From: Microthyrium microscopicum
Lineage: Eukaryota
Length of the DNA: 64,000 nucleotides
NCBI GenBank assembly: GCA_010405405.1
Contig: MU004230.1
Span: forward strand, 1,274,627-1,338,626
Reading direction: 5' to 3'
Part shown: in pieces, positions 12,648 to 23,800 of the stretch
Numbering within the stretch: the first letter of the stretch is position 1
How the letters are laid out: every line of letters starts with the position of its first letter
Made by a program: the position numbers and the translations under genes
The notes under the pieces: model-generated
Databases searched by the model: none
What the model saw: only the letters and a program-made list of their open reading frames with translations
Told to the model about the DNA's origin: nothing

Positions 12648-15538
12648 CCCTTTCCATACCAGTGCTTCGTGCACCCTTGGAGGCGTCGTTTAAGCTATAT
12701 TCTTCTAACCTAAATAGGAAATATTCTAAGCAATTAAAAGCTATAATTCATATAGGAGCACAAGCTAAGGGGTCTTCTAATTACTAAGCCAAAATATCTA
12801 TATTTAAATATAATTATTAGAGTTAAATTACCTTCGTTAAGCCCTTCTTATTATATAGCATTATCTTATAATCTTTATATCTAATCTAATTATAATTTAT
12901 AATGCCTATCCCTACCAATTTATTAGTAAACTAGATATTAAAATAGCTAGATATTAGTATATACTATCTTTATAATAATTAATAAAATAGGTATCGCAAA
13001 GAGGTATATTTTCTATATATTCTTTATAGTACTAGAAAGTTATTCTTATCTTTAGGCGTATATTATCTAATTAATAGTATCTTTATTAATAATAAGTATA
13101 TTATTTATACTTTAGAGGTAGTTAAGCTATTTTATAATAACCTAAGTAAAATCTTGTAAGAAATAGTTAAGAGCTATAAATAATATATTTTAAGCTATAA
13201 GAGTCTTATATTTTATAGCTTTTTTAATATAAGCCTATTACCTTTAGAAAGCGCTACTTCCTATATATCTTTTAGTATGTTTTAAAGTATAAACTCTATA
13301 TTAATTATAAGTAAAATTATTATAAAGAAAGTACGTTATTTCTATTATACTTAGTTATTATAAAGTGCTTATAAGTCTAGAGCTTTAGTACTAAGAGGTA
13401 TATATTTATAATAGTAGTATTAATTAACTATAAAAAAAGTAATATTTACGTTCTAATACCTAAAACTAATATTAATAAAGAGCTAAGAATAAGACGAATT
13501 AAATAGTAGTATTCTTAAGTAAATTAGACTTAAAACTAAAAAGTTATATAGTTAATCTAAAAATATAAGAGATTTCTTACCCTTATAGTAGACTATATAG
13601 TAAGATTGCTATTAGTTAGTAATATTAATACTACCTATAAACTAGTTATACTTAATAGCTACTATAAGCTATAGATATTAAATTACTACGTAATTACCCT
13701 AGATTTAATTTACTTAACGTTTATTATATACTAATTATATATTTAGCTTCCTTCTAGATACGTAAAGTATCTTAGAAGATAAGTAATAGTTTGTTAAGGA
13801 ATTTTATAAGAATATAATCGCGCTAGAGGATACTAAGTATTCTATAAACGCTTTTAGTATCTATTCTACCTTATAGCTAAGTATTAGATTCCTTTAATTC
13901 TAAGGCGTATTAATAAGGATAATCTTTAGATCTTACTTAGGTTATACTAGAGTATTTAAAGCTATAATTCCTTAGGACCTAAAGAAGATGTATATTATTA
14001 AAGAAGTTATTAGTAAAGATTAGGAAGCGTTTAAGCATAAATAATAAAGTAAGTACTATTATAAAAACTATCTAAGATGTTATACTTAGATTACTCTAGA
14101 AGCTTAAAGTACCTAAAGAAGGACTCTAAGAATATACATATACTAATATATCTTTATTACTATTTAATAATATAAAACTACTAAGAATTATATAAAGATA
14201 ATTCTATAGGTATTCTAAGAAGTAAATAGCAAGTACTTTAAAGCCTTTAAGAATTAGCTTCTCTTTTATATAAACCTTTCTATTAATTCTACTAGTAAAC
14301 TTTACTATTATCTTATTAATTAAGACGTAGTTCGTAGAAATTATAGTATCTTTAAAGCGCTAAGAGAGGATTAAGAATAAGGAATCTAGCTTCTTAAATA
14401 GTACTTCTCTTCTTTATATAAAAGTTTTTAGTACTTCTATCTTATTAGGAGCTTTTAAATAGATATTCTTTTTAATAATCTACTAGTAAGTACGTAATAT
14501 AAAGCTTAAGATATTATTTAATAGTATAATAGTATTAAAGCTCTAGAAATTTATAATATCTTAAACTAAGTAGGCTCTAAGATAGATAAGAATACTAAAG
14601 AATATCTAGATCTTTTCTACTAAAATAGGCTTAATTAAATTTAAATCTTTACCTATAGTAAAAAGATTAAATTATAGATATAGATTAGTATTAGTAGTAA
14701 TTAAATTAAAGTCTTAGTCCTTCTATAGTATATTAAAAAAGATTAGTAGTATATTATAGTAAGTATAAAGGGTATCTTAATTTTATAGTTTATAGCCTTT
14801 AATTAAGGAAGCTAGATTTACTAATCTTCTAAGTAACTAATATAAAATTTAATATTATAATAATAGCTCTTTACTATAGAAATTATCTAGCATCTTTATA
14901 GCAAATTTATAGTATAGTAGATATTAAAGAGGGATAAAATCTAACTTTAGTTAACCTTCTATAAGTGCTTTACATCTAGATTAAGTAGTATAGATTATAT
15001 CTCTATCTATAGGATTAAAATATAAGCCTAAGTTAAAATTAGGTAGAGAAACTTTAGGATATAGCGATAATACTAATCCTATAAGATCTAGTAATAAAAG
15101 TATATTATTATTAATATTAGAAAAGAGAGCTTTAAAAAGAACTCCTCCTTCTTCTTCCTTAATATCTACTTATAGAACTATAGATAGAAATATATTAATA
15201 TAGTTTAGTATCTTAGTTAGTAAACTAATACTAGAAGATAAGATTAGGCTAATTTTAAAAGGATAGTAGGTACCTAGATTAGAAGATTAGTAAATTTAGT
15301 TACTATAGTATTATTTAACTAATTTTTATCTAATTAATACTAAAATTTTAGAAGTTATAGAGTTAAATTATAGTTTGCTAACGTATATATTTTTATTATG
15401 GGCAGACTTTAGGTATATATTAGGGGGAACATAAGAGTAGTAGCTTATTCTCATATTTTAGGTTTGGCGTTAGGCCTAAAAGGGCTATCTTCCGTCGGTT
15501 GTGGCGGATGTCGATAATTTAGTATGGAATGGAAAGGG
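12648..15538 (-). mobile_element. RIP-inactivated piggyBac DNA transposon (~2.9 kb)
   Basis: TpA-rich, ORF-less block bounded by inverted ends CCCTTTCCATACCA (12648) and TGGAATGGAAAGGG (15538), 13/14 match. Reversing RIP on the minus strand gives SIDEMMVKFTGR..KPIPEGFKVLA (~14230-14330), FTDNFF (~13995-14020), YNQFMGGVDIADQ (~13605-13655) and a C-terminal VPLCDTCF (~12975-13010), matching the DDE_Tnp_1_7 layout. Confidence 0.9.
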
Positions 15539-16102
15539 ATGTTCATGGTATGTAGGGGAGTACCTAAGTCGATCTTCCGGCTTGGCATTCTCGGCATGCC
15601 GAAACGAGTCTGCTCGGCTTCTATCCATAACAACAGCCGAGCTTTAAATATCAATGTGAAGCTTCAGTATAAACCGTCATTATCGCAGCTATTTTTGAAC
15701 AAGACATTGACTTCTGAACCCTGCCATTCTGTTAATCGTTTTGTTATCCAGCGACTCATTGGAGCACATGGAAAGGTGGCTAGAACTCCTTACATTCGCC
15801 TCCATCAACTGATTCTGCAATCGCAACAGAGGCCAAAAAGTTCATTGATCGACTTAATAATTCCGGTAACTCATACTACTCAGTGCTGGTGTACTCTATC
15901 AAGGAGCAGCCCTACCCGGTAACTTGGGTAAATCTGGACCGAGTTTAGTGACTCAAGCTCTTGAGCTGCTGCTGCTACTCTACCTTACTGTGACTCAACC
16001 ACTGACTGGCCAAAATTTGGCCCAACATCATTCAAAATACTGCCCCGCGCTCTTTCCAGGCGCCTTCTACCCACTCTTCGCCAATCTCACTATTATTCCA
16101 AG

Positions 16103-19100
16103 ATGGCTCTGAATGCTGCCTCGCATAACCCTAGTAAGTTCTATTTGCTCATTTTTCTCATCTTGCGCTTGGTCAATATGCATTGGAGGCCTCGCGTGCG
16201 ATACAACCATACTTCCCAATCAACGGGAAACTTATATCACTCTCCAAATACTCGAACCACACTTCCCCAACCCATCAATGACGTTCTAGAATTCCTACTT
16301 ATCTGTTTTGTATAGCTGGAGAACCAACTGGTCCTGTCTCTGGCCAGCCTCCTTCCCTTGCCGACGACATCAAATCAGATCTTCTTCAATCCTCACAGAA
16401 TGATGCGCAAGCTCAGTCTGCCCCAGGCCGTGACGGTGGCGATGCGGAAGGTGGCAAGAAAGTCAAATCGGCAAAAGAACTAGCTAAAGAAAAGGCAAAG
16501 GCTGACAAACTGGCAAAGTTTCAAGAGAAGCAGGCCAAACTCAAAGCAGCAGCGGCAACGAAACCGAAAGAAAGCAAAAAGGAAGCCAAACCAAAAGAGG
16601 AACCACTGCCAGAATACATTGAAGAGACACCGAAAGGCAACAAGAAGATACTGAAGCCTCTCGATGACGTCTTCCACAAAGCCTACGTCCCCAAAGTTGT
16701 AGAATCGGCATGGATGGACTATTGGAAGAAGGAAGGATTCTTCGAACCGAAATTCGACACCAACGGCGAAGTATCCAAGGAAGGATACTTTGTCATTCCT
16801 ATACCCCCACCCAATGTGACTGGTGCTTTGCATTGCGGACACGCCCTTGCGACTGCTTTACAAGACTGTTTGATCCGGTGGAATCGCATGCGCGGATTGA
16901 CGACGCTTTACGTCCCTGGATGCGATCACGCTGGTATCTCGACTCAAAGTGTCGTCGAGAATATTCTCTGGCGAAGAGAAAAGAAAACTCGTCATGATTT
17001 GGGTCGCCCTGCGCTTGTCGAACGTATCTGGGCTTGGAAGGATGACTATCACAACCGTATCCGAAATGTACTGGACCGCTTAGGTGGATCTTTCGACTGG
17101 TCCAGAGAGGCGTTCACAATGGACAAAGAACGTGGTATCGCTGTGACCGAGACTTTCGTCCGTTTACATGAAGAAGGTCTCATTTACCGATCAAATCGTC
17201 TTGTAAATTGGTGCACTCAATTACGCACTTCACTTTCCAACCTGGAAGTGGAAAACAAGGAGCTAACAGGCCGAACCCTCTTGGATGTGCCCGGTTACGA
17301 AAAGAAGGTTGAATTTGGTGTCCTTACTTTCTTCAAATATCCAATCGAAGGATCAAGCGAGACCATCGAAGTTGCCACTACCCGACCAGAAACCATGCTC
17401 GGAGATACAGGCATCGCCGTGCATCCTAACGACAAACGATACCAGCATCTTATAGGCAAAAAAGCAAAGCATCCCTTCGTTGACCGCCTCCTCCCAATCT
17501 TTGGTGATGATTATGTTGATCCAGAATTTGGAACAGGTGCTGTCAAGATTACTCCCGCGCATGATCAAAACGATTTTACCTTGGGCAAACGACACAATCT
17601 TGACTTCATTAACATTTTGAACGACGATGGCACCTTGAATGCGAAGGCGGGACCCATGTTCGAAGGCAAAAAGCGTTTTGATGTGAGATATGAGGTCAAG
17701 GCGGAGCTCGAAAAGCTTGGCCTGTATGTCAAGCAAGAGGACAATGCCATGTCTGTACCACTTTGCCTCAAGTCCAAAGATATCATCGAACCAATCATGA
17801 AGCCTCAATGGTGGATGTCGATGAAGGACATGGCCGAAGACGCCATCAAAGTAGTAAAATCTGGGGAAATTATCATACGCCCCGAGTCAGCCGAGAGAAA
17901 CTACTACCGCTGGCTAGAGTCGATACAAGACTGGTGTCTGTCTCGACAGCTCTGGTGGGGACATCAATGCCCTGCGTACTTGGTCAACATCGAAGGCGAG
18001 CACATTGATGAGACTAGCAACGATGCATGGGTGACCGGGCGAACACTCGAGGAGGCAGAGAAGAAAGCCGCGGAGAAGTTCCCAGGAAAGAAGTTCACTC
18101 TCACTCAAGATCCCGATGTCTTGGACACATGGTTTTCCTCTGGTCTATGGCCCTTCGCCACATTAGGCTGGCCTAATCAGACACATGATCTCGATAAGTT
18201 GTTCCCAACCTCTGTTCTCGAAACTGGTTGGGACATTCTGGTAAGAACAGAATCCAAATCTTCCCACCAAACAAGAAAACACGCTAACTTTTTTGCAGTT
18301 CTTCTGGGTTGCTCGAATGATCATGCTTAGCTTAAAGCTGACGGGCAAAATTCCATTCAAAGAGGTGTACTGCCATAGCTTGATTCGTGACAGCGAGGGA
18401 AGAAAGATGTCCAAGAGTCTTGGCAATGTCATTGATCCCATTGACATTATGGAAGGAATATCATTGAAGGACCTTAACGATAAGCTTCTGGCTGGCAATC
18501 TCGATCCTAAAGAACTGAAGACGGCCACAAAATATCAGCACACATCGTTTCCTCAAGGCATCCCTGAGTGCGGCGCAGACGCTACTCGCTTTGCCTTAAT
18601 TCAATACACCACTGGAGGCGGTGATATCAGCTTTGATGTCAAAGTCATCCACGCTTATCGACGCTTTGCCAACAAGATTTATCAAGCCACAAAGTATTCC
18701 CTCGGAAAATTCCCAGACAACTACACTCCACAAGCTAACCGGAAACTGACGGGCAAAGAATCGTTGGCTGAGCGATGGATTTTGCACAAGCTCAACAGCG
18801 CTGCCAGGAATATTAACGACGCCTTGGAAAACCGAGAATTCTCAAAATCGACCCAGGTTGTGTACAGTTACATCTACGATGACCTGTGCAACGTCTATAT
18901 TGAGAACTCAAAAGCAATTATTGAGCAAGGTACCGAAGAAGAAAAACGGTCTGCAATTGATACTCTCTATACGGCAACTGAAGGTGCTCTAACCATGATA
19001 CATCCTTTCATGCCGTTCTTGTCAGAGGAGCTTTGGCAACGACTACCTCGACGACCCCAAGACTCTACACCATCCATAACTATTGCACAAGTAAGCTACC

Positions 19101-19664
19101 CCGATTTGATCTTAGTTCGCACATTAATCATGACAGTACCCACGACACGATCCTCAATTTGATAACCTCGATGCCGAGACCCAATATGGAATCGTTCAAG
19201 GAGCTTCCGAGGGTATTAGATCGCTCATCACGGAATACAAAATACAGGGCAGCCCAGTTGTTCAGGCGAGCGACGATGCCTCATTCTCCATCATCAAGAG
19301 CGAATTGCAGGCCATCAAATCTCTTGCTGGAAAGGGCGTCACGTCCGTCAGCATCCTTGGCCCCAACGACCCCACACCCACGGGAAGTGCTGTCTATGTT
19401 GTCGGCAAAACTGCCGCTGTATTCCTCGAGGTCAAGGGCCAGGTTGATGTTGATGATGAAATCAAGAAGGCCCAAACAAAGCTTAAGAAGGCTTCGGATG
19501 GCGCTTCCAAGCTGAAGATGCAGCTTGCGGACGAGGAATTCCGTGCTCATGTGAGCGCTGGGGTCTTGGAGACGGAAGAGACTAGACTGGCTGAGTTTGA
19601 TGCACAGATATCAAATTATGAGAGAAGTATCGAGCAGTTTAACAAGCTCAAACTTGAGAACTAA
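16103..19664 (+). CDS. VAS1: Valyl-tRNA synthetase, 4 exons (probably both cytosolic and mitochondrial)
   Basis: Motifs [13 protein letters not shown] (HIGH), [21 protein letters not shown] and [10 protein letters not shown]. Predicted introns are 16134-16315, 18241-18298 and ~19091-19137. Confidence 0.97.
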
Positions 19665-21672
19665 ATTGTTGGCTTAGGGATAGAGAATCTGTTAGGCTGC
19701 CAATGATCAATGTACATTAACATATCAACAACGAAAGTGTATTGCAATTTCCCTCCACTCAAACAAAAAGCTTAGCCAGCGAAAGCTCTCATCACTCATA
19801 CGGAGAAATGAATTGGGCGGCCTGCGTTTCCAACGACCACATATCGCGAATTGTTCCCATTTCTACACACTTCCGATTTGACCACTCACGTTGTCTTGTT
19901 TCCGAATTGTAATTACCAGCGGGTGCTGCGGTAGTCAATCAGGAAAACATGGTAACACCGAGATAGAGGCTATGTCATGGATCGATTACACAACATTGTC
20001 TAACCATTTATAGCGTTGCGCTGCCCTTTGCAGCGTCATATTCAGTCACTGGATCACTCCTTGCGTACGACTGAGGCTGCCTGTTCAACAAATTCGTCAA
20101 AATGAAAGAGAAAACCTGCCAAGCTCCCAGGGATATACATTTCGTTCATGATGCCAGGTTGCCTGATGGTTAGCTGCCCAGTTGCCTCAATCTCGACAGG
20201 GTGGAGGTTTCTGAAGAACGACTGTGCTGCAGTTCCACGCTGCCCGTTTGGAATCCCAAATGAGGCAATCCAATGCTGATCCCTTCCTCTCCAAGGCCAG
20301 TTAATCATAGCTTCAAAAGGTTGTCTAATTAGCCAATTGGAACCAAAGCCGACCTTCCGCTGGGTGGTGCAATAAATGAGGCTGAAGAGATTCAGCCTTT
20401 AGTACCTTTTTCAGCCTTGTGCATATACGTACTGACTACCCCTGTCAATTCCATATGTTTTGCTACATACAAGATTTACAGAGCATCGGCATCCGTGGAA
20501 CTGGTGGTCCAAGATGGGAAACGGCAGTCTGTATGCCATGCGTCTGGATTCCACGCCTACCTGCACCATTCGCAGGTTACTCATGCAAGCGTGACAGCTG
20601 ACGAAGGTTCGGTAAATAGGTCGTGTTCCCAGACTCCTCATTTCCCCGAATCTTCATCTCCTATAGCAGCACACAGATACGTGGCGCGGGATCGATCCCG
20701 GGACGACAGCTCGCGCTCATTAGCAGAACCTGCGTCGTTGAATGGGGGTACAAAGCTCGCGCGCGTGGACAGTCGCACAAGGGGTATCGGCATCATATCC
20801 TGCGTTCGCAAGGTCAGTTTTACCATATGTCGGAACCATGAACATCGTTCCGGGGTGGCCTTAGAACAAGGCGTAGATATCTCTGCATATCATATGTACG
20901 ATACTCTGCATCCTGGGAAATTGCGGCTATCGTGAACTCATCGGACCTATAGTCGGCGACAATTACAATGTCTAGTCCCCAAGGCTCACTCGATATCATT
21001 TCTCTTTGCCTGGCAAGGACAGGGGCTATCGTGAAAGCAAGAAGGCAGTGATGCTACTAGTTGTAGTTGGCACATTTCAAGATGGAAGTCGTATTTAAAG
21101 AACCAGAATGCCATCCTAGTGAAGTATTGCTTGCGAGATCATATGAATGTCCTTCTCTTCTGCTTTGATCTATATTCTATAGGGAATATATGCACATCAA
21201 ATGGCCGCTCAACAACCACACTACCAACACGCTAACCAGGCCACTGGTCAGCAATCCAGGCACCGTGGTGCAGATCAGGGCGACGACCAAACTCATGGGG
21301 GGTCGACACAGTCCGTCAAGAACGGTCTCTCGTGAGTAGTTCTTACTTCACATTGCTTATTCCAATCAATGACTTTTGAAGACAAAATGATCCTCAATAT
21401 GAAGAATACAACATGGAAAGATATCTCACTGAAGAAGAGAGACATGAAAAGATTGCCCAAGGACTCTTGTCTGGTATATCCTATGCCCAGAATGGAGGAC
21501 AAGGAACCAACGGAGCAGGCAGGAATTGATACATAAGTCGAAGGACAGCTTGTAACCTTGTATCTCATGTATGAATATAGGTCATTACCAAGTGGCGTGG
21601 AAGGATATGTCCATCAAAGGAAGAGAGTGTTAGGAGGATTATAATATTACTACACCTACAATTTTAATATGA

Positions 21673-23478
21673 TTAGAAAGTTGTTTGTGCCAACCGACTT
21701 GCAGCATTACGTGCGTCGACGCGATCCTCATCGTCATCCTCCACCAGCCCTTTCAGACCCGACTTGCTCGACGACCGCTCGCGGCCTAGCGTCTCCTCCA
21801 TGTCTGGCTCCTCAGGCACAGGGAGACCGGCAAGGTTTCCACTTTCCACCCGCCTCACTCCATCGGGTCGCCGCTGGACTCCAGACCAAGCATCGCCCTT
21901 TGGTCCTTGGGAACTAGCAAGCGAAGATCTTCTAATCTTTGGATGATGTTCTCGTCCAAGACGGCTCAAGCCACCGCTGGTATCAATGTTACGGATATCA
22001 GGTCGGACACTCTCCAACGTGGCCAAAACGCGTCGTTCGGCCTCGATTTGACGGATCACATATTCCCGGATACTGCTTCTCATCATAATACAGGTACGAT
22101 CGAACCAGCGTCGTTGCTCTCCAATGAGATTCTTGGTTACTGCTTGCGTCTTCTTGTCAAGATCTTCCTCTGTTCGTTTGGCTTCTTCCAAAGCGGCTAT
22201 AGCATCATCCACTTTGTCACGTTTAACGCTGCTGGAGCTTCGAAGGCGCTCAGCGGATGCCAGTTTAGTGCGAGTGCTAGCTCTCGCGGTTATGAGATCG
22301 CGCATTAGGATTTGTCGATTGGTGAGAGTTTCTTTAACAACAAAAGCGTCGCTGCTGTGGTACTGAAGAGGATCTGAAAGGGAAGACGCCTCGAATGTGC
22401 CTTGCGCCAGGTGAAAATCGCCCACGGCTCTGATAGTCGCTCCAAGTTTTCGATATGCTATTGCCAGTCCTGGGTGCTTCTCTTGTGGTGACATCTGGGA
22501 AAGGGTCACCCCCATTTGAGACTCGGCCAGACCAAGACCTATCCAAGTTAGTGTGAACCTATATGATGAGTTCAAGGTAATGCTTACTACGCCTGCTCTT
22601 CACTACCTTGTCAACCTTTTGTCCTGCGTCCATAGTTCCCAGGTAAAATCGCTTGACAATCGGCCGAGCGTCTGCAAGCTCTATAGTCTCATCTGGGGGC
22701 GGTGCGAATTGTTTAATGACTTTTCTTCTCATGCCAGTTGCTGGTTGTTTACGTCGTACAACTGGACTATATCCAAAGTCGCTTTCTACAAACAGTTGAG
22801 TTTCTTCGTCTCGTATCAATATTTCGTTGGCGCAAACAATATTGAGCCATCGTTGCATATTGTTCTTGACTTTGGTTTCATCTTCTTCAGTTCCTGCGCC
22901 AGCCGCTGTTGCTGAAGCCGGTACCGCCGGAACTAGAGCTTCTGGGTTCGCGGACATGAGATGCTCAGCATATTTTGTAAATTCGCTATGCGTTCTTCGC
23001 ACATCGCGATATTGTGTAGTTCGATATTTGGGAAGGTTTGTCTGTGAAGCATGATTTAGTAAAGCTCTACACGGGCTCAGCACAATTGAAGCCATACATA
23101 GACGTCAAACTTGAGAATTGGATCCTTTCGCCCATTTCGTTCCAAGCCTGTCACCTTGGCTTGAAGACGATATTGAGGACGTTCTTGTCGTTGTCGCTTA
23201 GCTGAAGCTTGTGTTGGGGCTGGAGCACTTTGAACTCTAGGCTCCTGTGGATGCGGGGCGTCCTGCTCTGAAGAGTCGGGAATATGATGACTGTCTTGCG
23301 TTGGGGATGCGAATGGCCTTTCATCATCTAATTGGGAGTGATCAAGCTCAGGCGATTCTTGAGCAGGTGGAAAAGAAGGCGAAACAGCTGCAGCGGCCGC
23401 AAAAGTCGTATGATTAGGTTGTGGAGAGGTTGCCCATGGTGAAGCCTCTGGGTGGTCGTCAGCGCCAGAGAAATTCAT
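21673..23478 (-). CDS. VPS17: Retromer PX-BAR subunit Vps17, 3 exons
   Basis: Motifs LQAKVTGLERNGRKDPILKFDV, TNLPKYRTTQYRDVRRTHSEF, DAFVVKETLTNR and C-terminal RVDARNAASRLA. Confidence 0.93.
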
Positions 23479-23800
23479 GGCAGTATATTAACGGAAATGC
23501 TTGTTATATGGCAACGATAGCAAAGCAAAGAGAAGGACGTCAGCGAGACGTTGGTGGTAGTAGCACTTAGTAGTAGTTGGATAGGTAGGCTTCGCTTGGA
23601 TTGAAGCTTGGAGCTTTGGAAGGCGCAGATAGGTCAGTGCGATCATGCCTTCCCAATCCGGTCAAGCGCTTGATCAATCCTTCGACTTGACCTTCGTCTA
23701 CTAAAGACTCTCGAAAGACCGTAAATCGCCTACTTCTTCTCATTCATGTTTGTTGGCACCTCGTTTTCATTCTGTCCTTCTTACTGCATAGCTTCAGGGG

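Noticed and set aside
15451..15922. ORFs 15451-15654 and 15524-15922
   Set aside because: They straddle the transposon end and the VAS1 promoter and have no protein-like features.
16178..16315. ATG inside VAS1 intron 1 (MHWRPRVRY...) as an alternative mitochondrial start
   Set aside because: That frame stops at the TAG of the 3' splice site and does not join exon 2.
20054..21568. ORFs between the convergent VAS1 and VPS17 3' ends
   Set aside because: No domain, signal peptide or coherent exon chain found. A small gene cannot be excluded without RNA data.
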